From assembly GCA_044342075.1 (NCBI GenBank), contig JBIIQM010000003.1:4736-68735 (forward strand): a stretch of 64,000 nt of DNA, in the 5' to 3' direction. The notes under the pieces were generated by a model. That model saw only the letters and a list, made by a program, of their open reading frames with translations, was not told the origin of the DNA and made no database searches. A program made the position numbers and the translations under genes. This DNA is from Pirellulales bacterium (lineage in GTDB: Bacteria > Planctomycetota > Planctomycetia > Pirellulales > UBA1268). Shown one piece after another: positions 8,907 to 18,341 of the stretch (position 1 is its first letter; every line of letters starts with the position of its first letter).

Positions 8907-11900
8907 TCACTGCCACCAGCGGCGGACGCGGTCGATCACGCCCGTGCGATTCGGCTGCGATGCATTCGGGGCATCCGGCGCCGCCGTGGAAGACAGCGGT
9001 CGTTCCGCGGTCACCCGCTCGGCGAGAAACCGCGGCCAGTAGCCTTCGAGTTGGATCAGGCAACCGCCGACGTCGCCGGCGGCGAGCCGCTCCTCCGCGA
9101 CGGCCAGCAGCCTCGTGAGCCGCACCCGCTGCGATTCGTCGAACGCGAGATCGAACACCCGCACGTTGTCGAGCTCGATCGCGCCCGGCCCGAGCAGGTC
9201 GAGCCGCACCCGCAGCGATTCGATGCCTTGCGTCGGGAGGTCGTCGATCTGCAGCACGAATTGCGACCATTCGCCGGAGACTGGCATCGCACCCGAGCCG
9301 CGGCCCACCGGCGCGAACCGGTAAAACTCGCGATCGTCCTCGACGCCCTCGATCGCGATCCGCAGGGGGGGCTGCTGGTCCCCCGCCGCGATCCGCACCC
9401 ACAGGGCGATGCTGATGCGTCCGGTCGTCGGCGGCGGAAATGGATTGGAGCGGAGCGTCGCCAGCCCGTTGACCGAGGCGAACCGCGCGGCTCTTTCGCC
9501 GCCATCTGTGGGCCTGCCGGCCACGAGCGCGAGCGAGCCGCGCTTCGGCTCGAGCAGCTCCCAGCCCGGCACGAGCCCGCCCAATTGCGGCAGTTCGAAG
9601 CCCGGGTTGTCGAGCGCCGCCATCGGCACGGCGGCCTCGAGCGCGGCGCGGCGTTGCCCGAGGTCGGCGAGCAGCCGGGCGAGTTGCTCCGCCGTCTGCG
9701 GCGCAAATGCAGGCCGGGCAGACACGACCCGGCGATCGCCTTCGAAGACGAGCGTCTTCATCTCCCAGGCGTCGAGGTCGATCGCGACCTCCCCAGTGGG
9801 TGCCACGGGCAGCGCCACCCGCGTGGCGGCATCGACGGCGGCCGGCGGCGCGTGGTCGCACGACAACGCCGCCCGACACGCCACGGCGCTCGAATTGACT
9901 ACGGTCACCCACGTGCCCGACTCGCCCATCTTGGTCCGCACGACGAGCGGTGCGGGCGCGTGTTCGACCAGTTCGAGCCGTTCGGCGGGCAGCACCTCGA
10001 TCGCCCGCTGGCGCCGCCGTTCGTCGTCGTCGATCCGCCGGTGCGCGAGCCCCATGTCGAAAACCACCTCGATGTCGGATGCCACGAGCGACTCGGCCAG
10101 CGGCCGTCGCGCTTCGGCGCCGGTGGCCATCGCCGGCACGACCACCGGCGCCGCGGTGGTCGTGGCGAAGGGGCCGTGCGGCACCACGGGCTTCACGTCG
10201 ACCGCGGCGGGCAGTTCGACGAAGACGGCCCCGCGACGCGCGGCCTGAGCCGCGGCCCGCAGGAGCGGCAACGAGTGGTTGGCCTGGTGCACGCCCCCAC
10301 GCTCGACCACGTCGTCGGTCGCGGCGTGGACGTGCGGTGAGACGTAGACAATGCGTTCGTGCGCCGCGATGCGGCCCGGGTCGAGCGCGATCGACCGCAT
10401 GATGTCGGCGTCAGGCGGATTCGCCGCCAGCGTCGGCCGAAACCGTGAGGCAAGCGGCCCTTCCACGAAGAGCGTCGTCGGCGCGACATACAAGCTCCAG
10501 GAATGCTTGCGGGCCGCCACGGCGTCGGCGAGGCGGCCATAGAAGGCGGCCACCTCCCCTTCCCGCCAGGCGAGCCACTGCTCGCGCAGCGGACCTTCGA
10601 CGAGCGCCGCCCGCCCCTCGAACCGACGGCCGGTCGGATCGACGCCGGGAAGCACGGGCCCGGCGAGCACCGCCGCCTCCTGCCCCGCCGCAGCGATGAA
10701 TCGGCTGAACGTCGTGTCATCGAGCCCCCACGCCACACCGGGCGAGTGGAGCCAGCCGTCGTGCGGAAGAACGATCGCGATCCCATCGACGGCCGGCGAC
10801 GCGCTGATGCGGTCGGCCAACTCCGACACGAGACGTTCGACGACGTCCTGCACCCGATGGTCGAGGATGTTGTAGCGGATCGCCCGCGTTCCCTCGCCGC
10901 CTAGATCGGGCCGGCCGTCGCGACCGACGCAAAGGATGCCGGCAGGCTCTCCGTCGCGCGCGGCCTGCGCCTCGAGCGCCGGCACGGCGCCATTGCAGAC
11001 GACTGCCGGCACGAGCCGCAGGCGCTCCCGCGCATAGATGCGGCAGGCAAGATCGAGCACGTCTTTCGGAGCAGCATCGGCCGCGCCGTCGAACGATCCC
11101 CCGCCGCCCCACCGCGGCGCGGCGTGCGTGAACGACGTCGGCCAGATGGCGGCGCCGTCGGCATAGACGCCGAGCACCGCGCCCGCGGCGCCCTGGGCCG
11201 AAGCCCACTCGGCCGATCGCCGCACACCCGCGAGCAAGGTATCCCAATCGCGAGCCCCGTCGCTCGCCCCAAACGACGAGAAATCGGCCGTGGGCAGGTG
11301 CATGAGCACTCGCCGCGCACTGCCTTGCTGCGCCAGGCTCGCGGCGGCATCCAGGCGGGCGGGGCCGGCCAGGATGCGCACGCGGCCGAAGCTCGCCGCC
11401 GATCGCGACGACAGATTCGTGACGAGCACGAGCGGCGTGCGTGTGTGGGGCCAAAAGACGAAGCGATGCACGCCGAGCTTCGGCGACTCTCCAATGGAAA
11501 TCTGCGGCCGCCGAGTCTCGAAGCCGCTGCCACCGGTAGCCCGCACGGCGGCGCCCGACTGCTCGAGCACGCGAACGCCGACGAGCGCGTCTTGGTCGAG
11601 CGGATGCTCGATCTCTACCAGATGCGGCTTGCCCGGCTCGGCCGACACGAGCGAGATCCCCTCCCACGCGGGCTCCGCACCGGCCGGCGGCAATTTCAGC
11701 ATCGCCCCCAACGGGTGTGTGTCGAGCGTCGAGTGCCCCACCGAGAGAAGGCCGGAGAGCCCGGGCACCATCGAATTCACCGAAGGCAACCTGGGCACCG
11801 GCACGTTGGGCACCGGCACCTTCGGCAGCGAGAACGACGGCAACGGCATCTTCGGCATGGGAACGGATGGCATCCCCATCGACGGCATGGAGACGCCCGG

Positions 11901-12878
11901 CAGCCGCCGCAGCCGTTCGAGCAGCTTCGGGCTTCCCGGATCGAGTTCGTAGATCACTCGCCAGTCGTCACTGGCGGGTTCTTTCGGCGCGGCATCGGCG
12001 ACGGCCACCACCTGCAGCGTTCGCGTGGCGACCGACCGCGACCAGCGAAGCCCGCCGCGCTCGACGAGCTCGATCTCGAGGTCGTAGGCCCCTTCCTGCT
12101 CCGGCAACGCCACCGCGAGGGGCACCGGCGCAAACGGCTGCGGCGCGGGCCCCGCGGCGCGGGACATCTCTTCCGGAATGGCTTCGAGGTCCTTCGATTG
12201 CGCGCGGATTTCGGAGCCACCGGCCGAACGCTTCAGCCGCAGCCGCAGTTCGGGCGCGTTCGCCGTCGCCATGCGGGCCAGCAGCGGATGGACGGTCAAC
12301 CGGATCGTGTCGCCAGGCCTGTGGATCGCCGCGGCGGGTTCATCGAGAACCACCCGCAGTTCGTCCCCCGGCGCCCGCCTGATCGCAAGCCGGTTGCCGT
12401 CGGCATCGAGCGATTGTTGCACGGGCGACACGACGAGATCCGCGACGGCGACGTCGACCCGCATCGGCTTGTCACGGCCGCTCTTGGGAACGAGCTCCAC
12501 GCTCAATCGGGCCCGACGCCAGTCGGCCACCTGCAGTTCCACGCCGTTGAGATCGAGCCCCCGCTCCTCGTGGATCACGATGGCGCCCGAGTCGGCATGC
12601 ATCGTCGCCGTCGCCGATGGATCGTCAGACAGGAGCCGCCAGTCGAGCGGCGGGGCCGGGGCTGCAGCCGCTCCTGTCGACTCGGGGAAGCCGATCAGCC
12701 GGATGCTGCCCGACCAGGCGACAGCCTTGCCGCCGCCCCACGTCACGCGGATCGCCACCGGCGGCTCGCCGCCATCGGCCCGCGCCGACCGCCCGCCAAG
12801 CATCGCGATCCCGAAGGCGCAGGCCAGCACGATGCGGCGAAGAAAGCGGGGGCGGAGAAGTGGAGGCGAATCGGCCAT
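8907..12878 (-). CDS. Large secreted/anchored hypothetical protein (~1320 aa) with a C-terminal CBM-like module
   Basis: The track ORF is 8907..13046. I trim it to ATG 12878, giving MADSPPLLRPRFLRRIVLACAFGIAMLGGRSARADG, a signal/anchor sequence. The 56 upstream codons run into repeat DNA. A Pro-rich linker is present (MPSMGMPSVPMPKMPLPSFSLPKVPVPNVPVPRLPSV). The last ~150 aa resemble a jelly-roll carbohydrate-binding module. The central part is vaguely glycoside-hydrolase-like. Confidence 0.6.
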   Translation of the reverse strand: MADSPPLLRPRFLRRIVLACAFGIAMLGGRSARADGGEPPVAIRVTWGGGKAVAWSGSIRLIGFPESTGAAAAPAPPLDWRLLSDDPSATATMHADSGAIVIHEERGLDLNGVELQVADWRRARLSVELVPKSGRDKPMRVDVAVADLVVSPVQQSLDADGNRLAIRRAPGDELRVVLDEPAAAIHRPGDTIRLTVHPLLARMATANAPELRLRLKRSAGGSEIRAQSKDLEAIPEEMSRAAGPAPQPFAPVPLAVALPEQEGAYDLEIELVERGGLRWSRSVATRTLQVVAVADAAPKEPASDDWRVIYELDPGSPKLLERLRRLPGVSMPSMGMPSVPMPKMPLPSFSLPKVPVPNVPVPRLPSVNSMVPGLSGLLSVGHSTLDTHPLGAMLKLPPAGAEPAWEGISLVSAEPGKPHLVEIEHPLDQDALVGVRVLEQSGAAVRATGGSGFETRRPQISIGESPKLGVHRFVFWPHTRTPLVLVTNLSSRSAASFGRVRILAGPARLDAAASLAQQGSARRVLMHLPTADFSSFGASDGARDWDTLLAGVRRSAEWASAQGAAGAVLGVYADGAAIWPTSFTHAAPRWGGGGSFDGAADAAPKDVLDLACRIYARERLRLVPAVVCNGAVPALEAQAARDGEPAGILCVGRDGRPDLGGEGTRAIRYNILDHRVQDVVERLVSELADRISASPAVDGIAIVLPHDGWLHSPGVAWGLDDTTFSRFIAAAGQEAAVLAGPVLPGVDPTGRRFEGRAALVEGPLREQWLAWREGEVAAFYGRLADAVAARKHSWSLYVAPTTLFVEGPLASRFRPTLAANPPDADIMRSIALDPGRIAAHERIVYVSPHVHAATDDVVERGGVHQANHSLPLLRAAAQAARRGAVFVELPAAVDVKPVVPHGPFATTTAAPVVVPAMATGAEARRPLAESLVASDIEVVFDMGLAHRRIDDDERRRQRAIEVLPAERLELVEHAPAPLVVRTKMGESGTWVTVVNSSAVACRAALSCDHAPPAAVDAATRVALPVAPTGEVAIDLDAWEMKTLVFEGDRRVVSARPAFAPQTAEQLARLLADLGQRRAALEAAVPMAALDNPGFELPQLGGLVPGWELLEPKRGSLALVAGRPTDGGERAARFASVNGLATLRSNPFPPPTTGRISIALWVRIAAGDQQPPLRIAIEGVEDDREFYRFAPVGRGSGAMPVSGEWSQFVLQIDDLPTQGIESLRVRLDLLGPGAIELDNVRVFDLAFDESQRVRLTRLLAVAEERLAAGDVGGCLIQLEGYWPRFLAERVTAERPLSSTAAPDAPNASQPNRTGVIDRVRRWWQ

Positions 12879-12997
12879 GAGTCGGTCGGCGGGCGCGGCA
12901 CTCTCGGGGGACAAAAGGGGCGGGGAGCATAGCGGCCCCGCCCGGCCCCGCAAAGGGAGGTTGACCGTCGGGAAGACCCGGGAAAGACCGCGATAAA

Positions 12998-13055
12998 GTA
13001 GACCACTTCGTCCCGAAGCGGATCCCCAGATCCGCTTGCGGAGCAAGCGGTCTAC
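12998..13055. repeat. Family C palindromic unit (GTAGACC...GGTCTAC)
   Basis: The sequence is GTAGACCACTTCGTCCCGAAGCGGATCCCCAGATCCGCTTGCGGAGCAAGCGGTCTAC. Related pieces occur near 8441-8475, 20655-20679, 28212-28225, 32240-32265, 54078-54110 and 58275-58303. Confidence 0.8.
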
Positions 13056-13070
13056 TCTGCGGCCTCCGGC

Positions 13071-14288
13071 TTACTGGCCGGTCGTGGCGTCGATCGAGAG
13101 CGGCCGGGCGTAGGCCTCCGGGATCGCGCCGCGCCAGACCGGCTCGAGCGCCCGCTCGAGCTCGTCGGCCACCGCCGCACAGCGGTCGGCCACGTCGGAA
13201 AGCTCGAAATAATCGTCCGGCTTCGCGAACAGTCGCGCCGACCGCTCACCGCCGCCATGCGGACGCGAGGCGACGAGGTGCCAACCGTCCGTCACGATGG
13301 CCGCCTGCTCTCCCGCGTCGATGATCACGCGATCGCGGGACGGCGCCGACCACGAGTCGAAGAGGCCGGCGAGGCTTGCCGGTTGCGTGTTCGGCGCCGG
13401 GCCACGGCCGGCCACGATGTCGAGCAGCGTCGCACCGATCTCCGCCGGCACGACGAGCCCGCCATACCGCTGCCCCGCCATCCGCCCTGCGGCATCGACG
13501 AGAATCGCGGGCAGGTGCGCCCATTCGCCGTAGGCATTACCCCCCGGTGGGTTGCCGCGTTCGCAGCCGACCTCTCCATGCAAGCCCAGCGGCATTCCGC
13601 GCAGGCCGGCCAGGAGCACCGCCCAGCCTGCGCTCGCGGCAGCCTCGAACACCTGCCCGAGGCAGCGATCGAGCAGTGTCAACTGCCCCGCGAAGACCTG
13701 CCGGATGCCGACGACGAGATCGGGGTCGGTCTCCTCGCTGACCGTCAAGTGAGGAACGCGGGCGCCCGGCGGGGGCGGCGGGTCGTCGGGATCGACGTAG
13801 CCATCGCGAAAAGCATCGGGAGCATCCCACGCCACGGCGAGGCCGCTCATGTGGCACCACACGAGTCGATGGCGGCCCGCCGTGATCGCGTCGCGGGCCT
13901 TCGCGCAGAGCCTCGCGGCATTGGTTGCATCATCGCTGGCCGCCGTGTCGGCCACGTCGGCAGCCGGCACCTCGATGCGTTCCACGCCCGGCGCGACTTC
14001 CGGCAGCGACCGTTCGTCGGTGACGACGGCCGCCGCCCAACCGGCCGCGGCGGCTTCCCGCCAGAGGCCGCCATCGGCGGCAAGCGAGAAGAGCGTCTCG
14101 CGCGGATCGAGCGACGTGGCCAGCAGGCGGTCGAACACGAGCCCCCGGCCGCCGAGCGCGTCGAGATTCGGCATCGACACCCAGGTGGCGCCAAACGTGG
14201 GCAGCATCCAGGCGGGCAGCCGGTCGATCGTGAGAACGAGCAGGCCGCGGGGGGCTGGCGGCGCGGCGGGGCTGATCGGGGAATCCAT
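13071..14288 (-). CDS. Sulfatase / alkaline-phosphatase-superfamily-like protein, catalytic motif apparently absent
   Basis: The ORF is 405 aa. The N-terminus (LLVLTIDRLPAWMLPTFGATWVSMPNLDALGGRGLVFDRL) and a later segment (LGLHGEVG...YGEWAHLPAILVD...VVPAEIGATLLDI) follow the sulfatase fold pattern. I find no C/S-x-P-x-R formylglycine motif. Confidence 0.5.
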   Translation of the reverse strand: MDSPISPAAPPAPRGLLVLTIDRLPAWMLPTFGATWVSMPNLDALGGRGLVFDRLLATSLDPRETLFSLAADGGLWREAAAAGWAAAVVTDERSLPEVAPGVERIEVPAADVADTAASDDATNAARLCAKARDAITAGRHRLVWCHMSGLAVAWDAPDAFRDGYVDPDDPPPPPGARVPHLTVSEETDPDLVVGIRQVFAGQLTLLDRCLGQVFEAAASAGWAVLLAGLRGMPLGLHGEVGCERGNPPGGNAYGEWAHLPAILVDAAGRMAGQRYGGLVVPAEIGATLLDIVAGRGPAPNTQPASLAGLFDSWSAPSRDRVIIDAGEQAAIVTDGWHLVASRPHGGGERSARLFAKPDDYFELSDVADRCAAVADELERALEPVWRGAIPEAYARPLSIDATTGQ

Positions 14289-14368
14289 GATGACTCCATT
14301 GTGCAGATTCCGCGCCGGTTGCCATCCGGATTGCCTTTCGCGGCACGATCCTCCATGCTCCCCTGACG

Positions 14369-15763
14369 ATGAACGTCGCCCCCGGAAGGCCCTCGCTCAT
14401 GGCAACACGCCCGCCCTACCGCACGAGCCCGCAGGCGACGACCCGCATGCCTGCCGGCGTCCCCTTCATCGTCGGCAACGAGGCCGCCGAGCGGTTCAGC
14501 TATTACGGCATGAAGGCGATCCTCGTGGTCTTCATGACCACGCTCCTGGCGGGCCGCGACGGCAGCCCGCAGCCGATGGGGGAGGGCGAGGCGAAGTTTT
14601 GGTACCACGCCTTCTCGGCGGCCGTCTATTTCTTTCCGATCGTGGGGGCGATCCTCGCCGACTTCCTGCTCGGCAAGTATCCGACGATCATGCTGCTCTC
14701 GCTCGTCTACTGCGCCGGCCACGCGGCGCTCGCGCTCGACGAGACGCGGGCCGGCCTCGCCGTCGGGCTCGCGCTCATCGCGATCGGATCGGGGGGCATC
14801 AAGCCTTGCGTCTCGGCGCACGTGGGCGACCAATTCGGCCCGTCGAACGAGCACCTCCTGCCCCGCGTCTTCAGCTGGTTTTATTTCGCGATCAACCTCG
14901 GCGCGTTCGCGTCGAGCCTGCTCACGCCATGGCTGCTCGAGCGGCACGGCCCGTGGGTGGCCTTCGGCGTGCCGGGGCTCTTCATGGCCGTGGCCACGGC
15001 GATCTTCTGGCTGGGCCGCCACACGTTCGTGCACGTGCCGCCGGCAGGCGTGGCCGCGCTCAAGGAGGCGCTCGGCCGTGAGGGCCGGTCGGCGCTCGGC
15101 CGCCTGGCAATCGTCTATCTCTTCGTGGCCGTCTTCTGGGCGCTCTTCGACCAGACGGGCTCGTCGTGGGTGCTGCAAGCCGCCAAGCTCGATCGGCATT
15201 TCGCCGGCATCGAATGGCTCCCCTCGCAGATCCAGGCGGTGAATCCGCTGCTCGTGCTCGCCTTCATCCCGCTTTTTTCCTACGTGGTCTGGCCAACCAT
15301 CGAGCGATTCATGCCGATGCCGCCGCTTTCGCGGATCGCGCTGGGGCTGTTCCTGGCAGCCGCCTCCTTCGGGATCATCGCCTGGGCCGAATGGCTCATC
15401 GAGGCGGGCGGGCGGCCGACGGTCGGCTGGCAGATCGCCGCCTACGCGGTCCTCACGGCGGCGGAGATCATGGTCAGCGTCACCTGTCTCGAGTTTTCCT
15501 ACACGCAGGCCCCGCTCGCCCTCAAAAGCATCGTGATGGGCCTTTACCTGCTGAGCGTGTCGGCCGGCAACCTGCTCGCGGCGGCCGTCAATTGGCTCAC
15601 GACGGCGGGCGACGGCACGCCGCTGGTGACCGGCACCACCTACTACCTGCTCTTCGCCGGAGCCATGGCCGCGGCGGCCGTCTGCTTCCTGCCGGTGGCT
15701 GTGCTCCTGCCCACCCAGCGGTATATTCGACCGGAAGAACAGTCTGGCGAGACACGAGCATGA
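14369..15763 (+). CDS. POT/PTR2-family proton-dependent oligopeptide transporter
   Basis: The ORF is 464 aa. PTR2 signatures are present ([16 protein letters not shown] and [15 protein letters not shown]), and the protein is polytopic. Confidence 0.85.
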   Translation: MNVAPGRPSLMATRPPYRTSPQATTRMPAGVPFIVGNEAAERFSYYGMKAILVVFMTTLLAGRDGSPQPMGEGEAKFWYHAFSAAVYFFPIVGAILADFLLGKYPTIMLLSLVYCAGHAALALDETRAGLAVGLALIAIGSGGIKPCVSAHVGDQFGPSNEHLLPRVFSWFYFAINLGAFASSLLTPWLLERHGPWVAFGVPGLFMAVATAIFWLGRHTFVHVPPAGVAALKEALGREGRSALGRLAIVYLFVAVFWALFDQTGSSWVLQAAKLDRHFAGIEWLPSQIQAVNPLLVLAFIPLFSYVVWPTIERFMPMPPLSRIALGLFLAAASFGIIAWAEWLIEAGGRPTVGWQIAAYAVLTAAEIMVSVTCLEFSYTQAPLALKSIVMGLYLLSVSAGNLLAAAVNWLTTAGDGTPLVTGTTYYLLFAGAMAAAAVCFLPVAVLLPTQRYIRPEEQSGETRA

Positions 15764-15776
15764 GGGCCCGATCGAC

Positions 15777-16688
<912 letters not shown>

Positions 16689-16693
16689 GCCGC

Positions 16694-17761
16694 CTACGGC
16701 AGCCGGAAATCGACGACCACCGGAAAGTGGTCGGACACGTCGAGATCGATGGCGTGGGAGATGAAGGCGCGCGTGATCGCGGGGGCGAGGTCGCGATGCA
16801 CGAGGATGTGGTCGATCATCGTGAAGACGTCGTCGCGGTCGGCGGCGCCGTTCTCGTTGAAATCCCAGTGCGAGGTGTAGCGATCGGCGACCCGCGGCAT
16901 GAAGGTCGCCGCATTCACGAGTTCGTCGCCCGGCGTCGCGCTGTCGTAGTCCTTGAGATCGCGCAGGACCGTCGTCCGCGTCGTGCGGAAGGAATCGGCC
17001 ATCGGCACGTCCGGATCGTAGTCGTTGATGTCGCCGAGCACGATCGGCAGGTAGCCGAGGGCGACGATCTTCCGCTTCACGATCTCGCGCACGATCTTCG
17101 TCTCCGCCATTCGCTGGGCGTTGCTCGAGATCTCGGAGGGATTGCTCTTCAGGTGCACGCCGCAGACGGCGATCTTCCGGCCGCCGGCGGTGAAATAGGC
17201 CACTGCGTGCCGCTGCAGCACCGCCGTCTTCTTCTGCTCGCGGCCGCTGTCGCCTTCGAACGAATAGTCCTGCTGCATCCAGGCCTCGTCGGGGCCGCCA
17301 TCGGCCTGCCGGCCCGGCGCGAAGAAGTGGATCCGGCGGCCGTCCACGAGATCGGGCTCGATCCGGGAGAGGATCGCGACGTCGAACCCGGAGAAGTTGT
17401 CGCGGCCGTTGACGTGGTGCCCCTGATAGTTGGCGAGCCCCTTCTCGCGGAGGAGCCCGACGACGGCCTCAACGCCGGCGGCCGAGATCACCTCGGGCAT
17501 GACGATGATGTCGGGCGCGAGCGTCTCGACCACCGCGGCCACCCGTTCGATGTGACGGCGGCGGGCCGGCTCGAACCGGAATCGCGTGAGCTTGGTGTCT
17601 TCGCCGGGGGCCGCGAGGTTTTCGGCGTTGAAACAGGCGATCCGCAGGACGCGGGGGGCGGGGGGCGCGGCCGACGATTCGTCCCCCCGCGCCGCCGCGG
17701 CCGACGCGCCGATCGCAAGCCACGCGACGATGACGAGGATGCGTTGACTCTTGCGGAGCAT
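16694..17761 (-). CDS. Endonuclease/exonuclease/phosphatase (EEP) family protein, secreted
   Basis: I trim the track ORF to ATG 17761, giving MLRKSQRILVIVAWLAIGASAAAA, a signal peptide. EEP-type motifs are present: IACFNAENL near the N-terminus and SDHFPVVVDF at the C-terminus. Confidence 0.6.
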   Translation of the reverse strand: MLRKSQRILVIVAWLAIGASAAAARGDESSAAPPAPRVLRIACFNAENLAAPGEDTKLTRFRFEPARRRHIERVAAVVETLAPDIIVMPEVISAAGVEAVVGLLREKGLANYQGHHVNGRDNFSGFDVAILSRIEPDLVDGRRIHFFAPGRQADGGPDEAWMQQDYSFEGDSGREQKKTAVLQRHAVAYFTAGGRKIAVCGVHLKSNPSEISSNAQRMAETKIVREIVKRKIVALGYLPIVLGDINDYDPDVPMADSFRTTRTTVLRDLKDYDSATPGDELVNAATFMPRVADRYTSHWDFNENGAADRDDVFTMIDHILVHRDLAPAITRAFISHAIDLDVSDHFPVVVDFRLP

Positions 17762-17840
17762 GATCGGTAGAGTTCCTCGCCTGCAAGGGCCCGAATTGGA
17801 CGATGTGCCCGGCGGATACACGCTCCCGGGACGTCGTAGC

Positions 17841-18341
17841 ATGAGCTCTCAGCATACCCCCGTTGCCGAAAACAATCGCGACCGCCTGCGGCGGCTCCTC
17901 CGGGTTGGCTCGACCCACGTCGGCCAGGGCGTGTTTGCGGCTCGGCGGCTCAAGTCCGGCATCGTGATCGGCGAGATCCTCGGGCAGGTGCTCGACGAGC
18001 ACCCCGCCGACCCCAGTTACTGCATGGAATTGCCGAGCGGCCGGGTGCTCGAACCGTCCGCACCGCTGCGATTCGTGAATCACAGTTGCGATCCCAACTG
18101 CGAACTTTTCTATTGGTTCGACGAAGACGCTCCCGCCCAGGAAGACCGGTTGTGGCTGCAAACGATCCGAACCATCGAGCCCGGCGAGGAACTTTCGATC
18201 GACTATTGCTGGCCGGCCGACGCGGCGATCCCCTGCCAGTGCGGGGCGATCAATTGCCGGGGTTGGATCGTGGACCCCGAGGAACGCCACCTGCTGCCGG
18301 CCGCTGGCGAGCCCCGGCCCTCGGACTCGCCGCCGTCCTGA
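17841..18341 (+). CDS. SET-domain protein (putative protein-lysine methyltransferase) with post-SET Cys cluster
   Basis: I trim the track ORF to ATG 17841 (MSSQHTPV...). SET motifs are present: RFVNHSCDPNCEL, GEELSIDY and the post-SET CQCGAINCRGW. Confidence 0.75.
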   Translation: MSSQHTPVAENNRDRLRRLLRVGSTHVGQGVFAARRLKSGIVIGEILGQVLDEHPADPSYCMELPSGRVLEPSAPLRFVNHSCDPNCELFYWFDEDAPAQEDRLWLQTIRTIEPGEELSIDYCWPADAAIPCQCGAINCRGWIVDPEERHLLPAAGEPRPSDSPPS

